The notes under the pieces were generated by a model. The model saw nothing but the letters and a program-made list of their open reading frames with translations. It did not search any database and was not told the DNA's origin. Of a DNA stretch of 64,000 bases, positions 46,801-62,200 are shown in pieces. This DNA is from Macrostomum lignano (lineage: Eukaryota), in the NCBI GenBank assembly GCA_002269645.1, contig NIVC01002996.1, positions 62,001 to 126,000 of the forward strand. The letters are read 5' to 3'. Positions within the stretch are counted from its first letter, which is position 1, and each line of letters opens with the position of its first letter. Made by a program: the position numbers and the translations under genes.

Positions 46801-49800
46801 TTATAATGTATTGAATATTCCGGAAGATTCTGGAATCTTCAACTATTATCTATTGATATTCTACCCAAGGACTACTAGAAGTTATCGTTGTACATAGGGA
46901 TGTCGATTCCCCGGGGAATTTTCTTATCGGGGACCCAGGTAATTTACTGTCATTCCCCGGGGACCCCGGGGACTCCGGGGAAAAAATAAGTAAAAAACGG
47001 CGGATAACTTAGATCTTAAGTCACTAAGTGGCATTTCTTAAACTTTGATTAAAGCTTTGGATGGACTACATGTTCAAGGCGCAAGGGTAAAAACTTAAGG
47101 CAATGTTTGTTTAAAACTGTATTTGACAACGTGGCATCACCAAATCGTGCGCGCACCTTTATCAGAAAGGGTCCAGACTCCGGAGGCGGAAAATGCATAC
47201 TCAGCAGCTGCACTCGAGGGAGGATAATTAATGAATGAGACTGTTTTTATAATCGGAATTTTAATTTCTTGCAGATACATGTAAATCACCATTTTGTCCT
47301 GTCTAATAGGGAGTATTTTGTTATTGTATGACACCCCCCTATGCGTCAGTGACTGACGCAGGATATAGCGCTGTGCCTGCGTCAAATGCGTCAAGCCATC
47401 AACGCAGACCAACACAATAGTCAGTAAGGCTTCTTTTTCCTGACGGGTTTCTACACTCGTACGTTCAATTTGCTTGATTGAAAGACTCATAGTGAAAAAA
47501 ACATTTAAACGGGTCGCTTTCATAAGACCGAAATTTCACAACGCCGAAAAGCACTACCCTTCACAAGACCGAAACTTCATAAGACCGAAATTTCACAACG
47601 CCGAAAAGCACTACCCCTCACAAGACCGAAACTTCATAAGACCGAAACTTCACAACGCCGAAAATTCTGCATGCAATACAATCCTTATTGTAAGGTTTTC
47701 TACGATGTGAAATTTCGATCTTATGAAGTTTCGGTCTTGTGAAGTATGGTGTTTCGGCGTTGTGAAATTTCGGTCTTATGAACCCCCCCCCCATTCAAAC
47801 GTGTGTTGTGTTTGAAATAATACATTGAAATAAGCAGTTTTGCGGTAAAAAAGCATAGACAGAGTTTCAATCAGCTTTCTGTGAATGATTTTCTTATTTA
47901 AATGGCAAAAATTTAGTTAAAAATGCTTTTTTTCTCCCCGGGGTCCCCGGTCTAATTCCCCGGGGAGTATTCCCCGACAAGCTCCCGGGGTCGACATCCC
48001 TAGTTGTATACATGTAGTTGTAATTCTGCCTTCCCTGCTGCGCTGCTCCGCGTCGCGCTGCATAGATATTTCCTTGTTGCGTTGCACCATACTGCGCCAT
48101 GTCGCGCCGCCGCGCGACTTCCCGCGCCGCCGCACGACCTTCTGCGCTGCGTCGCGCCACCGCGCGCCGCGCCGCACCGCGACCTGGCCACAGCCGCGCC
48201 GCGCCGACCTGAAATTTAAAAAACGCGCCGGACGCATGTCCGGGAAAATGTCACTTTTTCCGTTAGAGAATTATTAACTTTAACTTTTAACTTTTCAGAA
48301 GTTAAATTTTGGGCAAAAGTTAAATAATTAACTAGTTACAGTTAATTTTTTTGGAGCAGTTAAATTAACTTTTTAACTTTTAACTAGTTAAAAAAATTGA
48401 TTAACTTGCCCAGCACTGGTATTTATGTGCATGAATGAGTAAAATTATTGTCATAAATATGTCAACTGGCAACTCTTTTATTAAATACGTAAATAAAATA
48501 TTAAACAATTTGTCCCCAACCAGACCCCAAGGCGGCTGAGGTACAACTTACTCTCAATGCACGAACAGCACTGGAGAAATGCAGACACGATACGGAAACG
48601 CTGCTTCGCGACTTGGAAACAGAACCTCTTTCCAAGACGGTCGGGGCTATTCAATACTTGGCCAGACACAAGGCCAGCCTGAAAAAGGCAGCCTCTGTAT
48701 TGAGGCTCAGTAGCGACGTCGACAAACAGATTTTCGGTGCACAAGAATGGAAAGCAGCGTACGACAATACTGTCAAAAAGTTGAAGGAATTACATGCTCT
48801 GCTACAAAAGACGCTCTGCTCCAACATTGGTGAGTTTAATTTTTTTATTGATACGCTGGTATTAGAACAAAAACGAGGCAGTGCATATAGGCTCAGTTTG
48901 CAGCACACATGTAGCATGTAGCACGTGTACCTGTGGCACCTTTATTTGCTCTCTCGATTCTTCACGAATCCACAGAAAATCGCTCAGCTTTCAAATTATG
49001 CTCGCAAATTGAAAACAACTATCGAAACCAAAGATTGGGCTGGGTGCAGGTGGTAAAGGAACAAGGTTATTATAGGCACCCGTGAATGGAAAGCTGAAGT
49101 TGAATTCACAGCAATTTATCGAACTTTTGTGAAAGTGAAGAGCATATGCTTAACTCAGAACCGCCCCAAGAACACATTCGAAACAAAATAAGTTTTATTA
49201 GTTCAAAATAGCTAGCTAGTAAATTTACAAATTCAGAAACAGTTTCTCAACCAATGCATACTAAGCATGCATTTGCCACCCATTGCAGTCGAAATTGAGG
49301 GTTTCCGAAAAAAACTTCTCGAAGCGGAAGTCCGAGAATGTAAAATTAAAGAACTCGTCGATACGGAATTTTGTTTGAACCGACTGCATCTTGCGCGATT
49401 CCCAGAGCTGCAACCGTTTATGAATCATTTGGAAACTGCAGTGCTGCCGAAAATACATCGAATCAACCAAAGCAGCACCTTTGAATCAATATTCGCAGAA
49501 GTGGCTGGGTGCAAATTCAGAAGTGGAGGCGAGATCAGGCTGCCAATATCCAAGCTCATCCCTTGCCTTTTAGAAGCGATCGACGAATGGGAGGCCAAAA
49601 TTGAACGGCTAAAATCTGAAGAAGCTACGTGGGAGGCTGCACAGTTTCTCAAATCGCTTTTTGATCGTGAGGAAGAGCTGGTCAAGGAGCTCAGCTACCT
49701 TGCTACTGAGGGTGAGCCATGGGTCGAAAAGTTGGCAGAAAAGCTGAATCGAGCACAAAAGATTCTAAGGTTTTCAACTGCTGCTGCGGCTGTCCAGAAA

Positions 49801-52800
49801 TCGATGGAGAAGCTAAAGATTCCCTGTAAAGATGACATTCTAGTGAGGGTTCAGAAAACGGCCAGTGGAATAGAATCAGAAGCTTTGGCAAAAGTCAATA
49901 CTGATGACATTGATGAGTTTATTTTTCTAAAAGAGTTTGCCGAGTCACCAGTTTTTGAACAGTTAATGGCTGCAGTGTCTAGCAGTTCTGAATTGATTGA
50001 ATGGCTGCCCCAAAACATTCAAAATGGTCCACAGCTGAAAACTTTCCAGGATCTAGCCATGATATATCTAGGAGACTCGGGCGACCTGGAGCAAAAGAAG
50101 ATTGAGGTTTTGGTCCAAGTGGTAAACGACTTTCAAGAAATTATCTACGGAATTGAAGCTTTAGTCTCAAATGAGGAAAGGAGAGTCACGGAATTCCTTG
50201 AACTTTGCCGACCTGTGATGGAAAGGCTGCAGAAAGAACCCAAGCGAATTGAAGATTTGACCAAGACGGCTAACCAGCTCAAGTGGATCAAAATAATCAA
50301 AGAGAATCAGGGCTCCGTAGAGAGGCCCACGCTGGAGAAAATCGAAGAGATCTTCAAAAGTGGCAGCTTTCAAATCGGCTGTTTAGTGGAAAACACGGAT
50401 CACTTTCTGCTCACAACTACCAAGGAAAGCAAGGCTGATGACTCTCCCAAAACCCAAAGTAGGGCCGAGTTCACGCTTGCAGATGTCAAAGACTTACAGT
50501 CCAAGCTGATGCTCATTGCAGGCAGCGCTTACGAAAACAAGCTCTTGCTAGACAGCTTCGTGAAACTAACGGAAGGAATTCTTCGATTGGTTGAGGTTTA
50601 CAAAGACTTTCGTGCTCACTGCTGCTTGCTCTGCGAACAGATCGACATCGTAGTGGATTTAGGCAGTGCAAAAGCTGCTAAGGACCGCTCGACAGAAGCG
50701 GGAATAAAAAAAGTAAAAAAGGACCACAACATAAATATTGAGCTGCGATACTGCAAGCCCCACAAGTCGATCGGGTGTCATTACAGTGACATAAATGAGG
50801 GGCTCACACAACTGTCTAACGTATTTCATTCGTGCTTGGTAAAATGGAAGGAGGTAATTACTTCTTCTAGAACAAATCGTGACCTTCATGAAATTAATTT
50901 TTTTACGCTGAAACAATTAAAATTCTTGCAAAATGAACTGGCAAAATTTTTTACCTCTGCAGCACAGAGCCAAGTTGATGATCGAGTGCTCCACCTCCTG
51001 TCATACATATGTCCGGCGTGTACTCCGAAAGAAATTTGTAAAGCAGTTGATTTCGTGGTCATAAAAAAGGCTGGTGGGGATTCTGATGCGAATGAGGAAA
51101 ATAGCGGGCATAAAGCAGCCGTCAGTTTATTGACAGATGAAGGATACAATGAGGAAGTTATCGACAAGACGCTGAAAATCTTCTTTAGAAACTTTACTGT
51201 CGAAGAAGATAATTGGTCCCAAAACCTTATTGAGCTTGCTGAAAAGGTTGAAAGGACATCCGTCGTGCAAGCCGAGGAGAGTTCAAGAAAGGACTGGAGT
51301 ACAGCTGACCATGAACTTTCCGCTGCCGAAGTTGGCGGCCTTCCCGTTCATGAAGCCTTCGAAAAGTTGTGGGAGATTTACCAAAGAAGCATTGACAAGT
51401 CTCACAAGGATTTCCTCAGTTTCCACGATTTATCGATGGTGCTGAGACGCCTATCCGAAAATGAAAAAAGCCCAATTTCTAAGAGAAAACTAAAGCCTGA
51501 ATTTCAAAAGCTTTTTTCATGTAGTGAGCCAATAACATTCGTAATTAACTACAAGGACCAACTGTTAGCAACATTGGATTTGTTCCGCTCAGCATACGAT
51601 AGTCTTCCTCAGCTGGAGGAAGTTCTGGTGTGCTCTGACCAAACTACAGAAGAGGATGTGTCGGTGTTTATGCACCGATCCGTGCTGGATCAGAACAGCC
51701 AGGCTCTGTATGTGATTATGGGGGCTGAGCAGCTATCCTATCAGAATTCTGTCTTCGCTGAGGATATTTTTAGCCGGCTGCTGGATCTGGTGGAAGGACG
51801 AACGAAAGCAAAGATTTTCGCATTGATGGCCGATGATCAACAGCGAAACTTTCCGTTCTGCAGCATCCTCGCTTCCTTCATTCAGGATTATCCAATAATT
51901 CCAAATGAGAAAGACATTCGCGATTGGACAGCTAAATTTCTAAGAGAACAGACACCTGAAGAAAGTAGTTTTGTCTGGGTGACATCATCCCACCAAGCTT
52001 CAGGAATGGGTAAATCATTGATGTGCTCGCAAATCGCCAAGAAGAGAGCGCCTGATCAAGACCCAGCCATCTTTAGTTGCAATGACACCCATCTGGATGC
52101 GGAAAAGCTGCATGAATTCCTTAGCAGCCCGCTGAACGGGGGCTCAGCCGTCTTTCACATCGACATCGCACGAGAGGTTCAGACAGGTTTTGATGTGTGC
52201 ATCACCCAGATTGCGATTCTGGGGGGAATTTCCAGCTCTGCTGGTTTTATCTGGCGACGTGGATTTAGCCAGCGTTTGCTTCTTCTTGAGCACTCTAAAA
52301 ACCTCCACTTTAATACAGACTTCCGAGTGCTGAACTTTTTGCCATGTATTCAGTGCAGATCACCTTCCGAAATTCTCGAAGCCATCGCTGATGGTAAAAG
52401 TGACAATGCTTGGGAGCCGCTGTTGAAGGATGAGTTACTTACGTCGGATTCCATCCGAAAACCTGTTAAATACTTACTTAATAAAAAGGATCGTCGAACG
52501 GTACAGCTCTCTGCCAAAGACGTTGTGAAGCTGCTTGTCGAAAATTGTGGGATCGAAAATCCATCCTGGCAGGAACTACAAGTTTTCAGCAGATTTTTTT
52601 GCCGACAAATTTCCGACATGGAGAAATCTCCGTATTGTTCAGAAATTGCTGGTTCCGAGATTCAGGGATTCCAGGAATTTGTGTTGAAATTCATGCTTAT
52701 AATGTCAAAGGACTTCGCTACACGCTCGCTTAGCATCTCCGATGAAAGTGGAGGAAGTCAGATATCAGATGGAAAATTCACGGACAGTCCTGAAAAAGAA

Positions 52801-55800
52801 GACCTGCAAAATTTTCAATTGAGGCGCCGCTGGGAACAGAATTCTCACCCGTATCTACTTTTTAACGAAGATGGAGCGACGTTTACTTTTGTAGGATTCA
52901 CTATAAATCCCGCCGGTGATCTGCTGGATCAGAAGCGCGCAGTCATTCAAAAAGGAATTATGTCTCAACAGCTGTACAAGGGCCTGCATCGACAAGGGGT
53001 TCACCTGGATGAAGCCTTCGATAGCTTGCCTCGTGACGAGATGATAAATAAAATTCGAATGGTTTTTGGATTTGACAATCGTGCTGCGTCAACCGATCCT
53101 GATCTTTCCTATGAGCTTACCACGGATAACGCAATGAAAATGCTAGCTATTTACATGCGTTTCAGATGCGAGATCCCAGTTGTTCTGATGGGAGAAACTG
53201 GCTGTGGCAAAACAAAGCTGGTCGAGTTTCTGTCCAAGCTCATGCTACCCGAAGGACACCCACCGCTGAGCAATATTAGAATTCTAAAGGTTCATGGAGG
53301 TGTTTCTGAAGCAGAAGTGGTAAGTACACTAAGGGAAGCTGAGAAACTCGCCGCTGAGAACTTTAGTAAATCCAAAAGATCGCCTTACACCATTGTGTTT
53401 TTTGATGAGGTAAACACCACAAGTGCAGTTGGACTCATCAAGGAAGTCATGATAGACGGCCGAGCTCATGGAAAGCCAATCGATTTTTCAAAAGGACTTC
53501 GTTGCGTAGCAGCCTGCAATCCTTACCGAAAGCATTCCGAGGAAACAATAAAGATCCTTGAGAACAGCGGTTTGGGCTACCGAGTTCGGAAGGAGCAAAC
53601 AAGCGACAGATTTGGCACCGTGCCAATGCGGCACCTCGTTTATAGAGTCAAACCGCTTCCGTTGTCGTTTCTCCAAGTGCTGTGGGACTTTGGAAATCTC
53701 ACCGACAAATCTGAAAGAAAGTATATTGACAGAATTATAGAGTCTCGGAAAACTGCATTCTCTGAACCAGCAGCTTCTGAAAAAGAGCTGAACATTCTTA
53801 AGAATGCTATAGCAGCGTCTCAACGGTTCATGCGAACTTCTTCCGACGAGGCAAAATTTGTTTCCCTCCGAGATGTGGAAAAGGCGATGAAAATGCTGGA
53901 ATGGCTCTATCGGAGTGAAATAATTGACACCAACTCAAAAGAGTCCAAGAAATGCAACCTTACAAAATTCATTTCAGCGGCAGTGATTAGCCTGGCGGTC
54001 TGTTACTACAGCCGTCTACCCAAAAACAGACAGCATGAATACCTGAGTATTATCAAGCAGGTTGCATGTACCGATTCCGTGACAGAAGGAGACATCTCAG
54101 ACTTTATTTCCGCCGTCCAAAGTAATTTGGTCAGTGATGTTCAACTACCAGAGTCCATCGCGATGAACGAGGCTCTTAGGGAAAATATTTTCACAATGGT
54201 GGTGTGCATATCACTGCGAATTCCTCTTTTCATTGTTGGAAAACCGGGAAGCTCAAAGTCGCTTGGCAAAGCCATCGTTAAAGAATTAATGCAGGGACAA
54301 AATTCGCAGGCCCAGCATTTTAAAAAGCTGCCGAATACACAAATGTTGTCTTTCCAATGCTCCCCGTGGTCAACATCTGAAGGCATTATTAGCACATTCA
54401 CACAAGCTGCAAAGCTTCAAGTGGGCAGAGATGAGAATGAGTTCGCTTCTGTTGTTGTACTCGACGAAATTGGACTGGCTGAAGACAGCCAAAATATGCC
54501 ACTTAAGGCTCTGCACTCTCTTTTAGAGGAGGGAGTGAGTTTGAGGCATCAAATGAATTCAGAAGTACATGATCAGCAAGCAAATACTATGACAGGCCAG
54601 ACACAATATGTCAGAGTTTCCTTTGTTGGTTTATCTAACTGGGCTCTGGACCCTGCAAAGATGAATCGTGGTCTTTACATTCTTCGAGGCGTGCCAGCAC
54701 ATGATGACCTCATAGAAACGGCAAAGGGAATCTGCAAGGACAAGAAGCAAAACATAGTCTCCTGCTTGGATCTAATTACGAGATTTTACTTCAAAATATG
54801 CGATGAAACGTGCAAGCAAGTTGAGTTTTTTGGTCTTCGTGACTACTTTTGTCTAGTAAAGCACTTGGTTTTCAAGACGAAAGGCAAAAAAGTTAATAAT
54901 AGAATAATTTTGGAGTGCCTTTTGAGAAATTTTAGCGGCTTTAAAGACTTAAACCCCACCACGCTGCTTGATCGCAAACTAGAAAGCGTTGACTTAACGG
55001 AGCTACAAGGCTATTCGCCAATTCTTGACTCACTGAGAAATCTGATGATGAACAGCGTTATCTATTATTTATTACGCAGAACATGTCAGGCTTCAAGGTT
55101 TTATTAAAACTGTTGGACAGCCAAATGTCCGAAGTAGGCATTCTCTATGCCAGCAGCTTTCCAAAGGACCAGGAGTACTCCAAATGTGTACAGACATTAA
55201 CAAGATTAAGGTTAGCATGGAGCGTGGAGGAACTCTAGTTCTTCTAAACATAGAAAATCTTTACGAGTCACTATATGACGCGCTGAATCAGTACTACGAG
55301 TACTGCGGACAGGACAGGTTCGTTGACCTTGGCTTAGGAACTCATCGTCTCAAGTGCAAAGTGCACAAGGAGTTCCGGATTATCGTCATTGCGGATCAAA
55401 GCACCGTCGAAGAAAAGTTTCCCATTCCCCTGATCAACCGCTTGGAGAAGCACAAGTTGAGCACAGAGGCAATTTTGAATGATGAGAAACGATATACCAT
55501 TAGGCAGATCCTAGAATGGGTAGAAAAAATGAAAGCGTCTGGCGAACAAGGTCTTCAAGATATCTTTGTTGGGTACCACTCTGATGTTGTCCCATCATTA
55601 GTTTTCGAGCTGGAGAAAGTTAAGAGTGTGAAGGAAATGTTGCTGTCTGTTGTAACAGTTGAAAGTTTAGTGCAACTAGACAGGACTGATCTTTCGAATG
55701 AAAAAGAAGAGTTGTTGCAGAATCATTGCAGAACAAAAGGATTGCTGAGCCTGAGAGCGTTCCTCACAAACTTCGAGTTTAAAAACGAGAAACCACTTTT

Positions 55801-58800
55801 GCAAGTAACTACCTACGACAGGCTGATGTCAATCAAACAAGTGAAAGAATTTTCAAGAAACTTTCCAGAAAAACTCGGTTCTTTTGAACACTGCTATTTA
55901 AGCAAGTTTGAATCAGAAACACAGTTTTGTGAGCACCTACGTGTCTTCTTTAAGAATGATAAGCGATGCACTTTGTTGCTCCAATGCGAGGGAGCAAGCT
56001 CTAACTATCAAAGCCTTATTTCATGCGTTAAGTACCTTATAGAGGAGAATATCAAGTCCGGAAAGCAAGGTGAATCCTTGCCTGATTGGAGAGTCATTCT
56101 GATTATCAAGCTGCTACGATCGCAAATGGTCCCATTCACCGGGCTGGAGGGTGGTCTCTGGAATTCAGTGCACATTGAGGAACTAGTATCCTCTAACAGA
56201 GTGAATATTCATCATCTTGATGGTCTACCCATGTCTAAAGTCGTTTCGAAAAGTAGTGAAATCGAGGAACCTGCATGCATGTCCGAAACGGGCATGTCAG
56301 AGAAGCCTGTGAATTTCGGACTCTTGCTTCGCAACTGCCAATATGCTGCGCTTAGCCGGCTTAAGGATCCAACAAGCAGCGATAAACGTCTTGGAAACAG
56401 GCTCCAGACACTCCAACAAGTGCTAAGTGGTAGGTGTATCTTCAAATTTTATTTCCGAATTCTTGAGGTTATGGATTTAAACTTTCTAGGTTCAGGCCGA
56501 AGTCAAAAAGATTTCCTATAAAATATTTTAGAACCTGAGTTTCTGTCTAAAGCAAATGACGTCGTCAGTGAGTCCCTGCGGTGGAAGGAGGATTCGTGGC
56601 AAGCTACTTTTACGCCAAGCCAGTGGCTCAGTTTCGAGTCGGCAAAACTGATCAACGTGCGAAACGCAGGAAATCTGACGTGAGTATGACAATTTTTAAT
56701 CTATCTAAACTTAGTTCGAATCTTAATTATCATTGCAAAAAACAATTACAGCGAGAGCGCCTGGAGAACCATTAAACGAGAGGCTTCCCATGCTTTTGCC
56801 TGCTTTCTAGCCTTTACCGACAGGGATGGAAACTTGAAAAACTACTCTAATGAGCTAAAAGCTCTTTGGTTGGATTTGCTTGGTTGTGCGTTCTTTTGTG
56901 ACATTGAATTCAAGAGGTCATGTGAAGATAAAATGAGAGCCCCTGTTGAAAGTGCCGAATTTGAAGTAACAAGCTCAGCAGCAGACAATCACGACTTTGA
57001 CAGCCAATTTCCTTTTTCATGGGCAGTTCTGGAGCGCATGAGACGCCTGATGGAGGTAGACCCGGATCGACTGGTAGAACTTTTTGGGGAGTCCGATTTC
57101 GGAGAAATTTTAAAAAAGCATGACTTCGATGATGCTTTGCTACTTAAATATAGCCAAGACATGCTTAATATGCTTTTACTAGAAACTGACAGCGAGTCGG
57201 TGACACAAGTGAGTCGAATCCTCGTGCGAAGCCCTGACATTCAAAAGGATTCATTGCCTAATGCTCTGAGTAGCTGCCTTCTAGTGCTCCAAAGATTCAA
57301 GCAACAGGTACAGCTACTGCTGAAGTTGAAGAGCCAGATCAAGGATCTAACCCTAAATATTGCGGAAGTGCAGCGACTGGAAGACTTGCCGAATGTAAGT
57401 CTGCCTTCGATGTCAATTTTTAATAATTTTGACCTGTCTATTTTCTAATGTTTTACGAGCTATATGGGTGAACTGTGTTTCAATTATTCTACAATTTTAG
57501 GTTTTGTTCACCTCTTTTTACAAACACTTTGAGAAAAACAAGACTCATCTCAACTCAGCTGAAAATCGAAAATTATGGCAAGCATGGGTTACAGACTCCG
57601 ATGCGGTGATCTGCCGACTCCTGTTGAAAAACGGGAATGAAGAAATGCAACTTCAGTGGGACCGCATTCAGTGCGTCTTCATCTTTCTGACGGAAGTCGT
57701 GAATGCGTTCGATTCTGAAGCCCACATCGAAGAATCCGACATCAAGCCAATCCAGTTGTGGAATGTAAGCTTGGGCTTCAAATCAACTCTGATAAAGTAA
57801 GGCTTTTGAGAGTAATTCCTAACAATTAAAAGAGCTGCCACTCAATTAATCGCAATTTCAGTCTCTCCAACGAAAGTTAAAGGAGAACTTTCAAAGTCTG
57901 GAAGCAATTCGAATCATTGAAGAGTTTGTGGATAAGATGAACACATCGCTAACAGAAAAAATCTTAGGGTAAGAGCTTTCTTAGCTTAACTCTAACTGTT
58001 TGCGATGCGCTGGTAGTAAATGTTCAACTGCTTAAAATTTCAGGAGCAAGGATTGCAGCAAGTGCAAAAAGCGTTCAGATTTCAAGTTAATATTGCCATG
58101 TGCTGATCGGTTGTGTGCTGAATGCGTAGCGGACTGCGAAGTTTCGGAAAACCATGCTGATAGCAGAAAATGTCCGATCTGCAAGCAAGACTTCGATCCT
58201 AAGGCTGTGAGCGGTCCAAAGCAGCAGGTTCTTGTGGACTTCAAGGCTAGGTGCACTAGATTCATGATGCAAGTCGTGTCCAAGCTCTGCTTCCAAGCAG
58301 CTAAGCCCCCAACTGAGGATTTATGTCATCATTTAATTGGCTTCGTGACAAGAACCTCCAAACAAAATGCTGCTTTCGGGCTCTTCGGTGACGACCGCGA
58401 CGATTCTCCGGTGTTCAGGTCGTTCATCTTACAGAGGCTGCTTAAATTCCAGCCAAGCCAGGTCGAATCGCTGTTACAGCAACACGTTGATGCTGTCGCT
58501 AATTTCAGGGCAGATGCCAGGCATGATTTAGCTAAGATAATTGTGAACTGCATGGAAGACGCTCAGATTGTGCGAAGCGAAGCTGAAGCGATGAATGAAG
58601 AACAGCAACTGCATCACGCTGTGTCCTTGCTGGCAGAGTCGACCCTACCAGAAAAGCTCCAGCTGTTGCAGATTCCACACCTACAAAACATCGCTTCACG
58701 TAGAGTGGCTTTACGCGTTCTGGCATTCGTATTTTCTCTTGGAAATCTCGGTGAAGAAACTGTTAATGCACTGGCAAGAGCTCTGGAGCCGCATAAGTGG

Positions 58801-59155
58801 AGCCGAATTTACTTTTTGCGCTGCCTTTCCATGGAGGTTGGTGTCTCTGCTGCGATAGGCCTCATCTTTAGAAATACAGTGGTTAAGACAACTCTGGAAG
58901 CAGAAATTGGAGGCATGGATGTAGTGCCCGTGCCTGACTTTCTACTCAGCCACTCTGAGGCGTATAAAGACTCAAAAGAGTATGTTCTCTCAACACTATA
59001 CGATTCGAAAACTCAGGTAATATAAAATTTATCAAAATGTTTTAAATGAAATATGACCTTTCAGCATAGTCGTATCCTCAAATGAAAAGGTGATTAGACG
59101 TCAACATTGACCCCATATTGTAAATATAATAGAAATACTAAGTGTAAAATACTAA

Positions 59156-59225
<70 letters not shown>

Positions 59226-62200
59226 TTTGGAGGCTTAAGTTCACATCCCCTTTCGACAATAGGTTCATTACAAGCATTCTTGCTCTCGACACAGGCCAGT
59301 TGGGCATAAAGCAATCGTTATTACGTATAGTGTGATTTCTATCCGGAAAAATTAATACTAAACGAGAATTGATTTAAATTAAGCTTCTGCTAATTTCAGG
59401 ACTCGGTGCTTCCTGACTCGAGCGGAACTATCTTGGTTCTAGCAGCACTGGCATCCACGTATAAACTACGACACATGACTGAAGAGAAACCACCGGAATT
59501 CGAAAACTGCATCGAAAGATTGAAGTCTGAATTGTCTGCTCCACAAAAGGTAACGAAAAATGAGAAAATTGTACAGTATATTGCTGGTATGATTAGCAAC
59601 ACAGTTAAACGTTTCATCAGTCTAAAATGATGCTTAACATATGTTCAAATGAGTTGAAATGGACACTTTAATTTTCCTTTTGCTACTTAGCTACATGAGT
59701 GCAACACGCTCTTTGGAAAAATCAAGTAGAAAATTTAGTAGGCAGCTGTATACACTAACAGATCCAGGGGGGTCCAAATCATCAATATATTTCTTCAAAT
59801 TCGTGATATTGCAAGTCCAGAAAGCTGTGCTCTGTTATTTTTTTTCATATTAACGCAAACTTAAGAATGCTGGCGGATCCAGGGGGGTCAAGGGGGTCGG
59901 CTGACGGGATCAGAACCCCCCGGGAAAATCCTGGATCCACCATTGACTGTATAGTATCGCTGAAATCGTTAAAAATCGAATACTCTGCCTTTTAAGTGTT
60001 TTGATATGGCATTAAATTATTTTCCTGCGTCAAAAGAGCTGCGTTTTTATACTCGTATTGTGCTTAAGTAGCTAATTCAATCTGTAGGTACCAAGTTCTC
60101 TTTGGTACGCGTATAATAAAATATAGCAAGGGACAATCGAAAACCCCTTTGTTATAACAAAGGCTAGATGCATTGCAATACTTCAATGTAGTTCGCAGTG
60201 GTGAAACGCTCATTTTCCTTAAACTAGTTTTAAAGCTATCAGAAGAATGTAAAAATAATATTTAAACATTTGTTGTTGAATTTTAGAAACTGTACAACCA
60301 GTTGGCTTACCTGACGCAATCGCCATTGCCGGACCACAATGCTGCTCTGCTGTGCATTCGCTTGGCCTATGTATTGCACGCCAATTCCACAAATGAAAGC
60401 TCCGCCTTTCGAAAGTTTTTGAAGGACCTGAAGTCATTAGCCGACAACTCGTATCTTCCTGCGATGATGCACGATGAAATCTGGGAGCGGCTGTTAGAAA
60501 TGATTAACTGTCCAATTACAACGAAGGATAAAGAGGGTTTTCTTTGTGATGAAAACTTCAAGATGTACTGTGAGTAAACACCAAAGCTATAGTAGGTGAT
60601 GTACGATAGGAACAAACTACCTTCGTTACCAAAAACAAATTGTCAAAGAGTATATTCTGCATCCTTCTCAGACCCAGATTATCTTGAGTGCCATCATTTT
60701 TAGTAAGTCGGATTCGTTTCTGTTGGCAAGCAGGTGAAGTGACGGTCCAAAAGCCCGCGTCTTGAAACTCACCCTAAAGCTTGGTGGGAATTATCATAAT
60801 ACCAGATGTAGCGAAATAGCTGCAACCCAAGTTTCTTACTTTCTTAATACCTGTTGTAGCTACATTTCATTCATTGTCACATCAGGTGCCATTGAGTGGA
60901 AACGAATGTCAAAAAGTTACTTAGGTTGCTTAGGTTAGGAGGAGGCAGTGGCGAAGATACGAGCTGGTCCTGGGCGCATGTTAGAGCCCTCTCAGGGCAT
61001 GCAGGGTCGAGTAACTCAACTCCCCTCGTTTAACAACAGCAGCAACTAGCTGATGTGCTGACGAGCTACGAGATCACAAGTATTGCAAGAGCCATCCGTA
61101 ATTTTCTTTCTAGGTTGCCCAAACGGCCATCCGTACGTCTTGGGAGAAGTAAGCAGCCAAAAAATATTTTAACGAACTAAGGCCGTTTATTTTATCCGTT
61201 TTTTTTATGCTAAAGTTGTCAAATTCAATCATTATTTTAATTTTCAGTGCACACAAGGATGGGTGAAGTACAAGTGTCACGAATGCGCTGCTGACATTGG
61301 GGGTCAGAAGCATAAAATAGCTGCAAACAACACCGAATACAAATGCAAGACAAAGATGGGCTTCTCCCCGCCATCTATGAAGGAAGGTCAGCAGCCTCTG
61401 CGCAAGCTCACGCCAGCCAGTGCAGCTCTGATCCGGCTGCTGCAGCATCTGGCCATGTTGGTTTCTCCAGACTCCAGACGCAAACTCCAGACTCCAGACG
61501 CAAACTGCTACTTGAGAGGGTTCGTCGACGACTTGAAATTGTTCAGCCAAGTAACCGGCAGAAGTGAGGAGGAGACATATCATATCCTCCACTTACTACT
61601 TAAGCAATTGGAGTCGGCCAAAAGCGAATCCGTTTCTTTTGATCTGAAAACTGACAAAAGCCGGAGAGAATTTGAGGACCAAATCGATAGGGAGTTGATA
61701 CAGCCAATTATGGGAAACCTCAGCGACCTTCTTCAGAAATCTAACAAAGAAATTGCGCAGCAAACATCGGAAATTTTGCAAATCATCCATGGTACTTCGA
61801 AAATGGAAGAAGAGGAGGAGGCTTCGCTCTGGAAATGTCACAGGCGGATAACCGTAAAGCACGCTGAGTATGCTTTCCAGGAACTAAGTACCGAACTCTC
61901 TGAACGATACAGACTGACTGGAACGGTTATTAATTGGCTTCCTGTATTGCGTCACGTCGGATCCTTGCCTCGACTGATGAGACTGACAAAAGAATTGACG
62001 ACATGTTACAACTACAAAATTACCTCTAAAGACGCCAGCTCAAGGACTTTTCAAGAAGCCTGGCACGACCGTAGTGACGAGTGCAAGCTGCAGGATGTGT
62101 ATGAATTTGGACGAATTTGGGATGAACTCAAGCACCGACTGAAGCTGGCGCGGTTTGAAGACTTACCATATCCGGTTGTAAAGGGTGAAGTTTCCGCCTG

